In this document: positions 9,480 through 18,929 of the stretch, one piece after another
Numbering within the stretch: position 1 is the first letter of the stretch
Layout of the letters: every line of letters starts with the position of its first letter
Notes under the pieces: model-generated
The model's database searches: none
Told to the model about the DNA's origin: nothing
Seen by the model: the letters and a program-made list of their open reading frames with translations, nothing else
Origin: Pseudomonadota bacterium
GTDB taxonomy: Bacteria > Bdellovibrionota_C > UBA2361 > OMII01
Reading direction: 5' to 3'
Assembly: GCA_038134595.1 (NCBI GenBank)
Contig: JAYPVM010000001.1
Location: 291,359 to 355,358, forward strand
Length of the DNA stretch: 64,000 bases
Program-made: the position numbers and the translations under genes

Positions 9480-10862
9480 ATGGACGAGACTACGATAGCT
9501 GCACTCGCAACATCGCCAGCACCGGCTGGGGTTGCGGTGGTACGCGTTAGTGGTCAAAAGACCCGTACGGTTTTAGAGAAAGTCTTTAAGGGGAGGAAAA
9601 GTCCTGAGAGCCGAGCGCGAGAGCTCGTGTTTGGGGATTTCCTAGATGCGCCATCTGGTGAGCGTATCGATACGGGACTTGCTGTTTTTATGCCGGGGCC
9701 AGCAAGCTTTACAGGCGAGGACGTTGCTGAGTTTCAATGTCATGGAAGCCCCGTGCTGGTAAAACAACTTCTGCGGTCTATTTATGCCTGTGGTGTTCTG
9801 CCAGCACCAGCGGGTGAATTTACGAGAAGAGCCTTTTTAAGTGGCAAAATAGATCTCACGCAAGCTGAGGCGATAGCTGACGTTGTTCATGCAAAGGGCG
9901 AAGAGGAGCTTCGATTTGCCGAGGAACAATTGCACGGAAGATTAAGCACTGTCCTTGCTGAAATTGGGGAGCCTCTTCGGAACACGTTAGCCGAGATAGA
10001 GGCGTCGATAGACTTTCCAGAGGAGGATATTAGCCCAGACGCTCTCAAGGTGCTCGAAGAACGAGCGCAGATTGCTATAGAGCGAATTGATAAGATGCTT
10101 GCGACATATGAGTTTGGGTCGTTGGTGCGAGATGGTGTGCGGGTTCTTTTATGTGGTAGACCCAACTCAGGTAAATCGAGCCTTTTAAATCGGTTGCTGG
10201 GAAAAGATCGAGCGATAGTATCGGACATCTCAGGAACGACGCGTGATCTGATAGAGGACCACGCCACAATTGGTGGGCATGCGTTCATTTTTTGTGATTC
10301 GGCTGGGATTCGTGAGACGGAAGATCACGTAGAAAAAATAGGCGTTGAGCTGGCCAAGGAGCGACTCTCGTGGGCTGATATCGTTCTGTTTGTTGTTGAT
10401 GCGACTGAGGATGAGCAGTTGCTTGAGGAGACTTTATCGATGCTTTTACGCTCAAGTGCAGAGGTTTGGTTGGTGGCTAACAAGGTTGACCTATTGAGCG
10501 GAAAGGCTTGGCCATGTTCAAGACTAACAGACCGTTGTGCTCGCACGGTGATGCTTTCGGCGAAGACGGGAGAGGGTGTTGCTGATCTCATGAAGGGGCT
10601 GGTCTCTCACATTGAAACTGTTGCTCCTATAGAGGGGGATGTTGGAGAGACGATTACAAATGAACGCCACAGAGATTGCTTGCGTCGAGCGGTAGATGCC
10701 TTGCGAGAGTGTCGGTTGTTACTTGCAACAGTGGGAGCTCCCCTGTCTATCGTTGGAACTGAACTTAGACGAGCACTTGAAGCGTTGGATGAAATCGTTG
10801 GTAAAACGTATACCGAGGATATCTTAGGTCGTATCTTCTCTAAATTTTGTATCGGTAAATAA
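9480..10862 (+). CDS. mnmE: tRNA modification GTPase MnmE
   Basis: TIAALAT, SFTGEDVAE, GRPNSGKSSL, GTTRD, DSAG, NKVD, C-terminal FSKFCIGK. Confidence 0.98.
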   Translation: MDETTIAALATSPAPAGVAVVRVSGQKTRTVLEKVFKGRKSPESRARELVFGDFLDAPSGERIDTGLAVFMPGPASFTGEDVAEFQCHGSPVLVKQLLRSIYACGVLPAPAGEFTRRAFLSGKIDLTQAEAIADVVHAKGEEELRFAEEQLHGRLSTVLAEIGEPLRNTLAEIEASIDFPEEDISPDALKVLEERAQIAIERIDKMLATYEFGSLVRDGVRVLLCGRPNSGKSSLLNRLLGKDRAIVSDISGTTRDLIEDHATIGGHAFIFCDSAGIRETEDHVEKIGVELAKERLSWADIVLFVVDATEDEQLLEETLSMLLRSSAEVWLVANKVDLLSGKAWPCSRLTDRCARTVMLSAKTGEGVADLMKGLVSHIETVAPIEGDVGETITNERHRDCLRRAVDALRECRLLLATVGAPLSIVGTELRRALEALDEIVGKTYTEDILGRIFSKFCIGK

Positions 10863-11044
10863 ACATCGCCTTAGCGTTTACTGGGAATGATCATGGCAAA
10901 CCCATGAGAGTGCCGTAATGTTCCGTAAAGGTGTGAGTAAGCGGCATGCCATCTATTTTTGACAGCGGTGTGTGTACACCTTCTTTTCCCGCGTAGAGCT
11001 CCAATTTCGGCGCTTGTACAGGCTTATTTCGTAGATAGCAGAGT

Positions 11045-13672
11045 GTGCAAGAAACATATAATCAACGAGCCGACTCTCAAGTAATTATTGCCGCCCCTAC
11101 GGGATTGTCAAGCGAAGAGGCTGATAAGCGACTTACTGTCTTTGGTAGAAACGTTCTACCGAAAGATCGCTCGAAGACGATCCTCTCTCTAGTCTTACGT
11201 CAGTTTGCAAGCCCCCTAATCTATATACTGATATTTGCGGCGATAGTGTCTTTTGCCATTGGAGAGGTTGTGGATGGAGGATTTATTGTTCTGGTATTAA
11301 TGATAAATGGCACCGTTGGTATTGTTCAGGAATATATAGCATCTCGTGCAATTGATAGGTTGCTTGTACAAGAGGCGCGGCAATCGAGGGTTATTCGAGA
11401 TGGAACGATTCGAAGTGTCGATGCCACAATGATAGTTCCTGGTGATGTGTTGCTTCTGGAGGCAGGTGATTATATTGCAGCCGATCTACAATGGAATGAA
11501 GCGATTAATGTTGAAGTTGATGAATCTGTATTCTCGGGCGAAGCTATGACTGTCTCCAAGCAGCTCGGGGATAGATCGTATGCGGGCACATTTGTAACGA
11601 GGGGTCGAGGGAGCGGAACAGTCTATGCTACCGGAGTAGAAAGCCAACTCGGGATGCTTTCGAAATCGATAGGTCAGACGTCGATTCACGATCCTCCTCT
11701 CGTGATTCGAGTGAAACGGTTTGCCCAGCAAATAGGGATACTTATTGGTGTGGGTATTGCATTTGTAGTGTTGTACGGAGCGCTTGCCCATTACGCCGTT
11801 ACAGATCTCTTCCTGATGGCAGTTGGTTTGGCTGTCTCGGCAATACCAGAGGGACTTCCGGTTGCCATGTCTGTTGCCTTGGCCGTTGCCACCCGGCGAA
11901 TGGCACGTAGAAACGTTATAATCCGCCGGGGAACAGCTACAGAATCTCTCGGTTCCTGCACAGTTATTGCGACCGATAAGACTGGTACCCTGACAGAAAA
12001 TAGAGTTGAACTTATTTCGTTTACAGCGCTGGAAGGAGAGAGATGTTGTACTCATCGTTGGAAGGATTATTTAGCTTCCGAACAGCTTAGTTCTGGTACG
12101 ACGCATGTTAGACAATTGCTAACGACTGGACTGCTTGCCACTGACACCGGGAATCGTCCACCTGAATTGATTACGGATCCTCTCGATCGGGCGATTGTAT
12201 GGCGTTGCCATGAAGCTGGCCTTACCGATGGCATCCTCAAGAGCCGATGGGCTCCGTTAGAAATGAAGGCTTTTGATGCGACGTTTCGGTTATCGGCGGT
12301 GTCGCATTGCAATGATAGTGGGGCCCTTGTATGTGTCAAAGGAGCGTTTGAAGAGGTGCTCTCGCTGTGTTCTCCTAGTAAGAATTCGAAGAAATATCAG
12401 CCCCACGAAATTGAGGAGAGTAGCAGGCAGCTTGCTATACAGGGAGTGCGGGTGCTGGCGTTAGCGGAAAAAAATTGCACTTCGTCTGATACGATTGATG
12501 CGTGTCTTTCGGTTGGAGGGTTTACCTTTGTTGGTCTTCTCGGATTCCAAGATCCTCTCCGAGAAGGTGTCTGTGAAGCGGTGGCTGCCTGTAAACATGC
12601 GCGAATTCATGTGGTGGTAATTACTGGCGATGATCCTCGCACGGCGACAGCAATTGCAAGAGAAGCTGGTATTCTTGATGCCTCATCCGATGCCGTAACA
12701 ACGGGAGCGGAATTGACATTGGCTGAGAGAAGGGGCGGAGAGTCCGCCTTTGATAGCGTAGTTAAAAATTCTGTCATATTCGCAAGGAGTTCACCAGCGC
12801 AGAAGTTAGCGATAGTACACTCTCTAGTGCGGCAAAAGCACTTTGTTGCAGTAACAGGCGATGGAATTAATGATGCTCCAGCCCTACGACATGCACATGT
12901 AGGTGTAGCAATGGGCCTTCGAGGGACTGATATTGCAAAAGAGGTAGCAGATATTGTAGTCGCAGACGATAATTTTGCCTCTATTGTGGCAGGTATCCAC
13001 GAAGGACGAGTGGTGTATAGCAATATTCGCAAAGTCGTCTTTATGCTTGTATCTACGGGATGTGGCGAGGTTGTTCTCTTTATTCTCAGTATCGCAAGTG
13101 GACTGCCAATGCCGCTGACTCCAGCCCAGTTGTTGTGGCTTAATCTTATCACAGAGGGAGTGCAAGATATTGCGCTCGCATTTGAAAAGTCAGAGGGGGA
13201 TGAATTGAACCGTCCTCCGCGGGATCCTAAAGAACAGATTTTTGATAGTGTTATGACGAGGAGAGTCGCTACGTCAGCTGTGGTGATGGGTTTGATTAGT
13301 TTTTGTTTGTTTTATGTTGAGTACGTGCGTGAGCAGGATGTTGTATATGCTCGGAGTTTAGTGCTGACACTTTTTGTTGTTTTCGAGAATGTACAGGCGC
13401 TGCACGCTCGTTCTGAATATCGCTCGCTCCTTACGTTGCCTGTTTTATCTAATCCGTGGCTTATTCTTGGGATTATTGGTGCACAGATTTTACATCTATT
13501 AGCTCTTGTATACCCCGATGTATTCTCGGCGCTCGATGTTGTGTTGGTACATGGAGATGATTGGATTTTGATAGCGGCGAGCGCTTTTTTTGTCTGTCTC
13601 GTGATAGAGCTTGATAAATGGGCTGTAAGGAGATCGTGCAAAACGGCCGCTTTAAAACGTTCTCAGTGTTGA
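11045..13672 (+). CDS. cation-transporting P-type ATPase (type IIA-like)
   Basis: PEGLP, DKTGTLT phosphorylation site, DPLR, TGD, TGDGINDAPAL, ten-TM layout. Confidence 0.95.
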   Translation: MQETYNQRADSQVIIAAPTGLSSEEADKRLTVFGRNVLPKDRSKTILSLVLRQFASPLIYILIFAAIVSFAIGEVVDGGFIVLVLMINGTVGIVQEYIASRAIDRLLVQEARQSRVIRDGTIRSVDATMIVPGDVLLLEAGDYIAADLQWNEAINVEVDESVFSGEAMTVSKQLGDRSYAGTFVTRGRGSGTVYATGVESQLGMLSKSIGQTSIHDPPLVIRVKRFAQQIGILIGVGIAFVVLYGALAHYAVTDLFLMAVGLAVSAIPEGLPVAMSVALAVATRRMARRNVIIRRGTATESLGSCTVIATDKTGTLTENRVELISFTALEGERCCTHRWKDYLASEQLSSGTTHVRQLLTTGLLATDTGNRPPELITDPLDRAIVWRCHEAGLTDGILKSRWAPLEMKAFDATFRLSAVSHCNDSGALVCVKGAFEEVLSLCSPSKNSKKYQPHEIEESSRQLAIQGVRVLALAEKNCTSSDTIDACLSVGGFTFVGLLGFQDPLREGVCEAVAACKHARIHVVVITGDDPRTATAIAREAGILDASSDAVTTGAELTLAERRGGESAFDSVVKNSVIFARSSPAQKLAIVHSLVRQKHFVAVTGDGINDAPALRHAHVGVAMGLRGTDIAKEVADIVVADDNFASIVAGIHEGRVVYSNIRKVVFMLVSTGCGEVVLFILSIASGLPMPLTPAQLLWLNLITEGVQDIALAFEKSEGDELNRPPRDPKEQIFDSVMTRRVATSAVVMGLISFCLFYVEYVREQDVVYARSLVLTLFVVFENVQALHARSEYRSLLTLPVLSNPWLILGIIGAQILHLLALVYPDVFSALDVVLVHGDDWILIAASAFFVCLVIELDKWAVRRSCKTAALKRSQC

Positions 13673-13710
13673 GTTATGAGTTCTGATTGCGGAACTTATG
13701 CTCCGGCCTG

Positions 13711-14094
13711 TTAATGCTTTTTCGCAGAGGTAGTTTTACAGCCCCCGGGCATGCGATTTACGTGGATGTCGATCAGCTTCATAGCAATCCCCTTAGTGCG
13801 CCTACTGGGGCATTGAACCGTATAGGAACGTGTGTAGTCGCGGTAACGACGCTCAACCGCAAAAGTTGTGGTCCCTCGAGGCAGAATTGTCCGTTCTCCG
13901 GGTCGCAGGCTCGCAAATGCCCCACCGCCTGATACCGTAATTACATTGTATTCGCTGTCCAGTGAATCGTTTTTGACCAATATCTTTCCTGGTGGAACAG
14001 ACTCGCTGGTGCACCCCATCGGGAGAAACGTTACTGCAATATAAAGCGTGGTGTGAATTATTTTTAAGATAACTTGAGTCATACAACAATACAC
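13711..14094 (-). CDS. small hypothetical protein, probable lipoprotein
   Basis: Hydrophobic N-terminus ending PMG|C; beta-rich domain with a Cys pair; start may be the ATG at 14082; TTGCCA-N18-TAGCAT upstream. Confidence 0.55.
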   Translation of the reverse strand: MYCCMTQVILKIIHTTLYIAVTFLPMGCTSESVPPGKILVKNDSLDSEYNVITVSGGGAFASLRPGERTILPRGTTTFAVERRYRDYTRSYTVQCPSRRTKGIAMKLIDIHVNRMPGGCKTTSAKKH

Positions 14095-14149
14095 ATCTAG
14101 TTTCCAAAGATGCTACCGTGAATGACTCTTGATTGGCAACGTCGAAGAG

Positions 14150-15370
14150 CTAGAGAAAATTTCGACTCATAAAGCTTTTGATTACAATAGCGCGGTCTGT
14201 ATCTTCGCTCTCAAAGGTAAATTCTCCATCGCTCGAGCAGCTATATCGTGGATCCCATACTTTTGCTTCAGCGTAGGCATGAATTGCATAGCTATAGTGT
14301 TGTACGTCAAGGATAAAATCACTCTTATCAAAGCTGGGCTTCTTGAGCCCTCGATTGCTAATTCCACGGCGACGATTTCGGCGCCGTTTTTTTCTCCATT
14401 TTCTTAACGCGCGATTTCGCTTTCTTTCGCCGAGTTCTGAGTCGTCTGTTTCGATAGCAGACAATAAATCACTCAAGAACGTTCCTGCCTCCAAAGCGCA
14501 GCCTGATACGGTTGCCTCGCCTACTACCAGTTTTGGCGGAAATGCGTCGCTTGGAATTTGCTTTTTCTTCATGCGTTTGTACATTTTGAAGAAAAATGGC
14601 GAGAGTCGCCGGCGCATGCTCTTCAGTATGCGCTCAGAGGAGGGGCGATTTACTGAAAACGGGTCGTTGAAAACGCCTGAATGCTGGTACGCACTATAGA
14701 AATAGGAGTTGTAGGAGTACATGATATTACTGTCATCAATCGCTGGTAACTGTCCTAGCTTGGAAGGGTCTCCATACAGCGATTTTACGATCAGGGTTTT
14801 TGACGGATTAATTGCCCGTATAGCGGCTATCGTATCTAATAGAAGCGTGTTCCATGACCGCACACCTTCACCCATTAGACTCTTGTTCGCTGCGGGTTCA
14901 TTGACGAGGTCAAAGGCAGTAATCGTCGGGTTTGAACCGTAACGGGTAATGATCTCCTCCCATTTTGCGATAAAAGCATCTTGAAGTGATGGATCTGAAA
15001 ACATTTGGTAGTGAGATGGGGCTGTGCGGGTCTCGAATCCTCCTGGAGGGGAATAGAGACAGAAGATTATTGTAAGACCTTTGGATTCAATAAGGGGAAG
15101 CTTCGTATCTAATAGGGAAAATTGCTCTTCCATCATCGCATCGTATGCAGTTCCCGTCGTTCCATCCATCTCTGTGTTGTTGCCGATCTGGATACGGAGC
15201 TCATTTGCTCTCCAATTGTTAATGATATCATCGAGTGACTCTGAAGTAATCCCCGCTAGGGGAATCTGAAAGCCCCGATACGAAGGAGTGGCGTGCGAAA
15301 TATGGATTTGTGTCGCTAGGCCGAAGATTCCTACGATAAAAAACGAAAGTGCTTGAAGATGTTTTGCCAT
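14150..15370 (-). CDS. secreted glycoside hydrolase family 5 (cellulase-like TIM barrel)
   Basis: Start moved to ATG 15370 (AAGGA RBS; signal peptide MAKHLQALSFFIVGIFGLATQIHISHA); WRANELRI, FDLVNEP acid/base, LVVGE nucleophile. Confidence 0.8.
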   Translation of the reverse strand: MAKHLQALSFFIVGIFGLATQIHISHATPSYRGFQIPLAGITSESLDDIINNWRANELRIQIGNNTEMDGTTGTAYDAMMEEQFSLLDTKLPLIESKGLTIIFCLYSPPGGFETRTAPSHYQMFSDPSLQDAFIAKWEEIITRYGSNPTITAFDLVNEPAANKSLMGEGVRSWNTLLLDTIAAIRAINPSKTLIVKSLYGDPSKLGQLPAIDDSNIMYSYNSYFYSAYQHSGVFNDPFSVNRPSSERILKSMRRRLSPFFFKMYKRMKKKQIPSDAFPPKLVVGEATVSGCALEAGTFLSDLLSAIETDDSELGERKRNRALRKWRKKRRRNRRRGISNRGLKKPSFDKSDFILDVQHYSYAIHAYAEAKVWDPRYSCSSDGEFTFESEDTDRAIVIKSFMSRNFL

Positions 15371-15513
15371 GTGGTAGGGTCCTTTGAGTTGGCGTGAAAT
15401 TGTGAACGCTTCTTCAAGGATATCAAACTTGTTGTAGGTGGGAAAATCAGAAATTTCTACACGATTTTTTGTGGAGTTAAATTGAACAGAAAATTGTGTA
15501 ATATGGGTCATCT

Positions 15514-16782
15514 ATGAGTCAGGATGTTTTTCAGGCAGGCTTTGCACCAGCACTTCGGTGGCCGTTATCAATTAGACATACCAAGGTTGAGCACGACGAT
15601 CGGGCAGGTGGTATTGAAGAGGTAACAATAATTGGGTGTCCGATAGGCATTTCACCAACACCGCTTGTTCTTCGACGTGTCGTTGTGCCAGTGCTGGGGC
15701 TTTTAACGGGAGCGCATACCGCTGAGAGCATTGCCGAGCAGGTAAGGCAGATGGGAATTGATTCTCAGATGGTTCAAGAAGTTATTACGTTGTTAGATCA
15801 GTATCTGTTTCTTGATAATGACCGATTTCATCGTGCGGCTGCCGAGGTTAAAAGGGTTTATGGCTCGCTACGAGAGAGAGCGCCAGCATTTGCAGGGGGT
15901 ATTTATCCTGCGGAACCGTTGGATGCCAAAGGTTTTTTTGATTACTTGCTTCAGGAGGGAGAGAGTATCAAACGGCCGACCGGAAGTTTAGAATTGTTAA
16001 TCGCTCCTCACATCGACTATAGGAGGGGTGGTGCGTGCTACGGTAAGATTTATCCTGAGATAACTGGGCTCGATGCCGATCTGTGTATTCTTGTGGGTAC
16101 GGCGCATCAATACAGCCCCCATATGTTTCACTTGACGAGAAAACACTTTCGAACCCCCCTCGGTGTGGCTCGTTGTGACCAGGATTTTGTATCTAATCTT
16201 GCAGGTCGTTACGGTGAGGAGCGTTCCTTTGCAGATGAGTTGCTCCATAAAGGAGAGCATTCGCTTGAGTTGCAGATTCCTTTTCTAACGAGACTTAAGC
16301 CTATGATGGAAATTGTGCCAATTTTAGTTGGTAGTTTTCATGAGTTTGTTGTCGCTAATAGAGCTCCCAAGGAGTTCGATGTTTATAATGACTTTGTTTC
16401 GGGACTGGTTGAATCTATTCAGCGCTATCAAAAAAGCGGCCGGCGAATCTGCTTTATAGCTGGAGTCGATATGGCGCATGTTGGCCAGGAGTTTGGGGAT
16501 GAGTGGGAGTTGACTGATAAAAAAATCGAGGAGATTGCGACTAGAGATGAACAGTATCTTACGTGCATCAAGCGCCACGATCTTTCTGGATTGTTCGAAC
16601 ATATCGCCTCAGACCAAGATGCAAGACGCATGTGTGGATTTCCCTCGCTTTACATGATTATGGATGTACTAGAACGTCTTGGAGTCAGATATCAAGCTGG
16701 GAGTTGTTTCTATGACAAGAGCGTTGATGTAGCTTCGGGATGTTGTGTTACCTATGCCGGCATGTCCCTTTATTCGCAGTAG
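15514..16782 (+). CDS. Memo family protein (AmmeMemoRadiSam protein B) with N-terminal extension
   Basis: AFAGGIYP, IAPHIDY, GTAH, EHSLELQIPF, VDMAHVG, MCG motifs. Confidence 0.88.
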   Translation: MSQDVFQAGFAPALRWPLSIRHTKVEHDDRAGGIEEVTIIGCPIGISPTPLVLRRVVVPVLGLLTGAHTAESIAEQVRQMGIDSQMVQEVITLLDQYLFLDNDRFHRAAAEVKRVYGSLRERAPAFAGGIYPAEPLDAKGFFDYLLQEGESIKRPTGSLELLIAPHIDYRRGGACYGKIYPEITGLDADLCILVGTAHQYSPHMFHLTRKHFRTPLGVARCDQDFVSNLAGRYGEERSFADELLHKGEHSLELQIPFLTRLKPMMEIVPILVGSFHEFVVANRAPKEFDVYNDFVSGLVESIQRYQKSGRRICFIAGVDMAHVGQEFGDEWELTDKKIEEIATRDEQYLTCIKRHDLSGLFEHIASDQDARRMCGFPSLYMIMDVLERLGVRYQAGSCFYDKSVDVASGCCVTYAGMSLYSQ

Positions 16783-16873
16783 TGAAAAGCACTAGTGCGT
16801 AAAGAGGCGTGAGGAAGAGAAGGTATTCTAAGGAAAAAACCTTCTCAAAAATTGTCGACTCAAAGGTTAAACT

Positions 16874-17287
16874 TTAAAAAGTCGACTTTGCAAGAACTGG
16901 CAATCGCCAACGCCGTCTTTGTTTGGGTGGGGTAAGATAGCTCACTACTACCCAAAGAGCGGTGGAGATGCCAACAAACAAGTTGCCTGCCTGTCCTATC
17001 ATGATGGGATCTCGTCCCTCGCTTGGCAAGAAAGGCACTACTGCACCCCACAAAGAGACGCAGATAAGGAGCGCATACATTAATCCCTGTCTAATCAGGG
17101 CTTGCGCCCGCTGTCGTTGCTCCTCATTGGCATAGTGCCAGATGAGGATTAGCCGGATTGATTCTAGGGCTCCAACGAGGAGCCCAAAGCCAAAACCATG
17201 TGCTCTTGGAGCTTCTGTGGAGTAGGCTTGAAATTCAGCGACTACTCCCAAGATACAAAGCACACCAACAATTCGTAGCGCAGCCAC
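16874..17287 (-). CDS. hypothetical four-TM membrane protein
   Basis: GTG start with an AGGAGG RBS; four hydrophobic segments, basic C-tail. Confidence 0.6.
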   Translation of the reverse strand: MAALRIVGVLCILGVVAEFQAYSTEAPRAHGFGFGLLVGALESIRLILIWHYANEEQRQRAQALIRQGLMYALLICVSLWGAVVPFLPSEGRDPIMIGQAGNLFVGISTALWVVVSYLTPPKQRRRWRLPVLAKSTF

Positions 17288-17579
17288 AGCCGCCTCCTTT
17301 CATAAAAAACCCTAAAAGAGATACCTTCCTTCCTCACGCCTCTTTTATTGATTTTTATGGAATGGATAGATTAGAACAGTGATTTGATATAGACAAGTTT
17401 TTGAGGTGACTTAGCTAAATCGCTGCAAATACAGCGGGAATTGCGATCTCTTCATTCGGTAGTTGAATACACCATTTTTCTAATGAGGTCTGTTTCCCTG
17501 AAGCGCATCCGGTAACGGAGCTGATATGGGGACAAATCGCTTGTGCTTAAAAAGTTTGTAGTAAGATGTGGTGTTAGAG

Positions 17580-17906
17580 ATGGATAATACAGAAGCAAAA
17601 TCCCAAAATTTCTTTGAAAAATTTAACTGTGAAGTTGAAGCTGCCGAGGTTCAGGTGGGCACAACCTATCCACTCTATGGCATGATTACAAAAATCATCG
17701 ATGATACTCCTGGAAATGTCATTGTAGAACTTAATTTTTCGATTACCGCGACGATGACTATTCCCGATAAAGAGAAAGTGGAGATGCTTAAAGAGAGAGC
17801 ATTCGAGCCGGGGATTTTCGTTTCGACCGTTACCAACAAAACTCCTCATGTTGAAGTGGATTGTAGCACCGTTGTATTTGGCAAAAGGCAGACGGCGGCT
17901 AACTAG
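17580..17906 (+). CDS. small acidic hypothetical protein (beta-rich)
   Basis: Clean ORF (GTG 17568 or ATG 17580) followed by a strong intrinsic terminator. Confidence 0.7.
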   Translation: MDNTEAKSQNFFEKFNCEVEAAEVQVGTTYPLYGMITKIIDDTPGNVIVELNFSITATMTIPDKEKVEMLKERAFEPGIFVSTVTNKTPHVEVDCSTVVFGKRQTAAN

Positions 17907-17940
17907 AATTTAATTACGCACCTCGTTACATCACATCGTG

Positions 17941-17972
17941 CCCCCAAATCATTGATGGTTTGGGGGTTTTTT
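17941..17972 (+). terminator. rho-independent terminator
   Basis: CCCCCAAATCAT-TG-ATGGTTTGGGGG hairpin followed by a T run. Confidence 0.85.
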
Positions 17973-18284
17973 ATTGCTCTATCGCGGACAACATGAAAGT
18001 GATTCTGCCAGAGAGAATCTTGTATACAGGAAGGATGTTATATCATAGGTTAACGTGAAGGGATGTTGGTGTGTTATGTGATGCGGAGTTACAGGGTCTT
18101 TAATTTAATTTCGTTGCAACCTATGTTTATCAAAGAAACCTAGTGTCCATTAAAGAAACAAGTGAGGAACGACTTAGGTTAAGGTCGTATTAGTAGACGG
18201 GTTACTTCTCAATAGTGGCGCTGTTTACCAATAATGGTATAGTGCTAGACGGAAACTGATTTTTTAAACAGCTCTCATGGAAAT

Positions 18285-18929
18285 ATGACTTCATCAGATA
18301 GTAGTAAGCAAAACCAAAGTGAACAGGGCGGGGTCTGGTATGAGATCGTTAGCTTTTTTAAGACACTTGCAGTCATTTTTGTGCTTGCGTTTTCGATTCG
18401 TATTACGCTTGTCGAGCCATTTAAGATCCCCTCTGGCTCAATGATTCCGACACTTCAGATAGGTGACTTTATTTTGGTACTCAAGTGTTGGTACGGAGTG
18501 CAGTTGCCGTGGGTAACGGAGTCTCCTGCGATGTGGAACACGCCGAAGAGAGGAGATGTCGTCGTATTTACAAGGCCAGATGATCCTAACACTCCCAACG
18601 AGGATGATTCGGATATCTATCTTATAAAGCGAGTTATAGGGGTCGAGGGGGATACTGTAGAGGTGCGTGGACCGCAACTATATTTAAATGGCACGCCAAC
18701 AAAAGAGTCGTATGCCCGCTGGAGTGCAGGTGGGGCTTTCGGGGGCAGTTTCGGGCCCGTGCAAATTCCCGAAGGTAGAATTCTTCTTTTGGGCGATAAC
18801 AGGGACAACTCTAAGGACTCGCGATTTTGGACGGAGCCATTTTTGGACGTTCGTAGGGTAAAAGGAAAAGCTGTCTTGGTTTTCTGGTCTTGGGACAGCC
18901 TTAAACGAATTTTTACAGCGATTCGTTAA
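18285..18929 (+). CDS. lepB: signal peptidase I
   Basis: One TM, IPSGSMIPTL (Ser), RGDVVVF, IKRVIG (Lys), GDNRDNSKDSR. Confidence 0.95.
   Translation: MTSSDSSKQNQSEQGGVWYEIVSFFKTLAVIFVLAFSIRITLVEPFKIPSGSMIPTLQIGDFILVLKCWYGVQLPWVTESPAMWNTPKRGDVVVFTRPDDPNTPNEDDSDIYLIKRVIGVEGDTVEVRGPQLYLNGTPTKESYARWSAGGAFGGSFGPVQIPEGRILLLGDNRDNSKDSRFWTEPFLDVRRVKGKAVLVFWSWDSLKRIFTAIR

Noticed and set aside
10890..10960. GGCAAAC as a possible c-di-GMP-I riboswitch after mnmE
   Set aside because: No GNRA-capped stem or second GCAAA element in the expected arrangement.
11486..13152. Long antisense ORFs (e.g. 11486-12055, 12607-13152; also 31399-31941, 58640-59251)
   Set aside because: Shadow frames of well-supported genes with no protein-like features.
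15371..15511. N-terminal extension of the GH5 ORF in the ORF track
   Set aside because: Covers the divergent promoter region; the RBS and signal peptide point to ATG 15370.
18130..18166. Imperfect direct repeat AAAGAAAC-n-AGTG upstream of lepB
   Set aside because: Only two short copies in AT-rich DNA; could be chance; not CRISPR-like.
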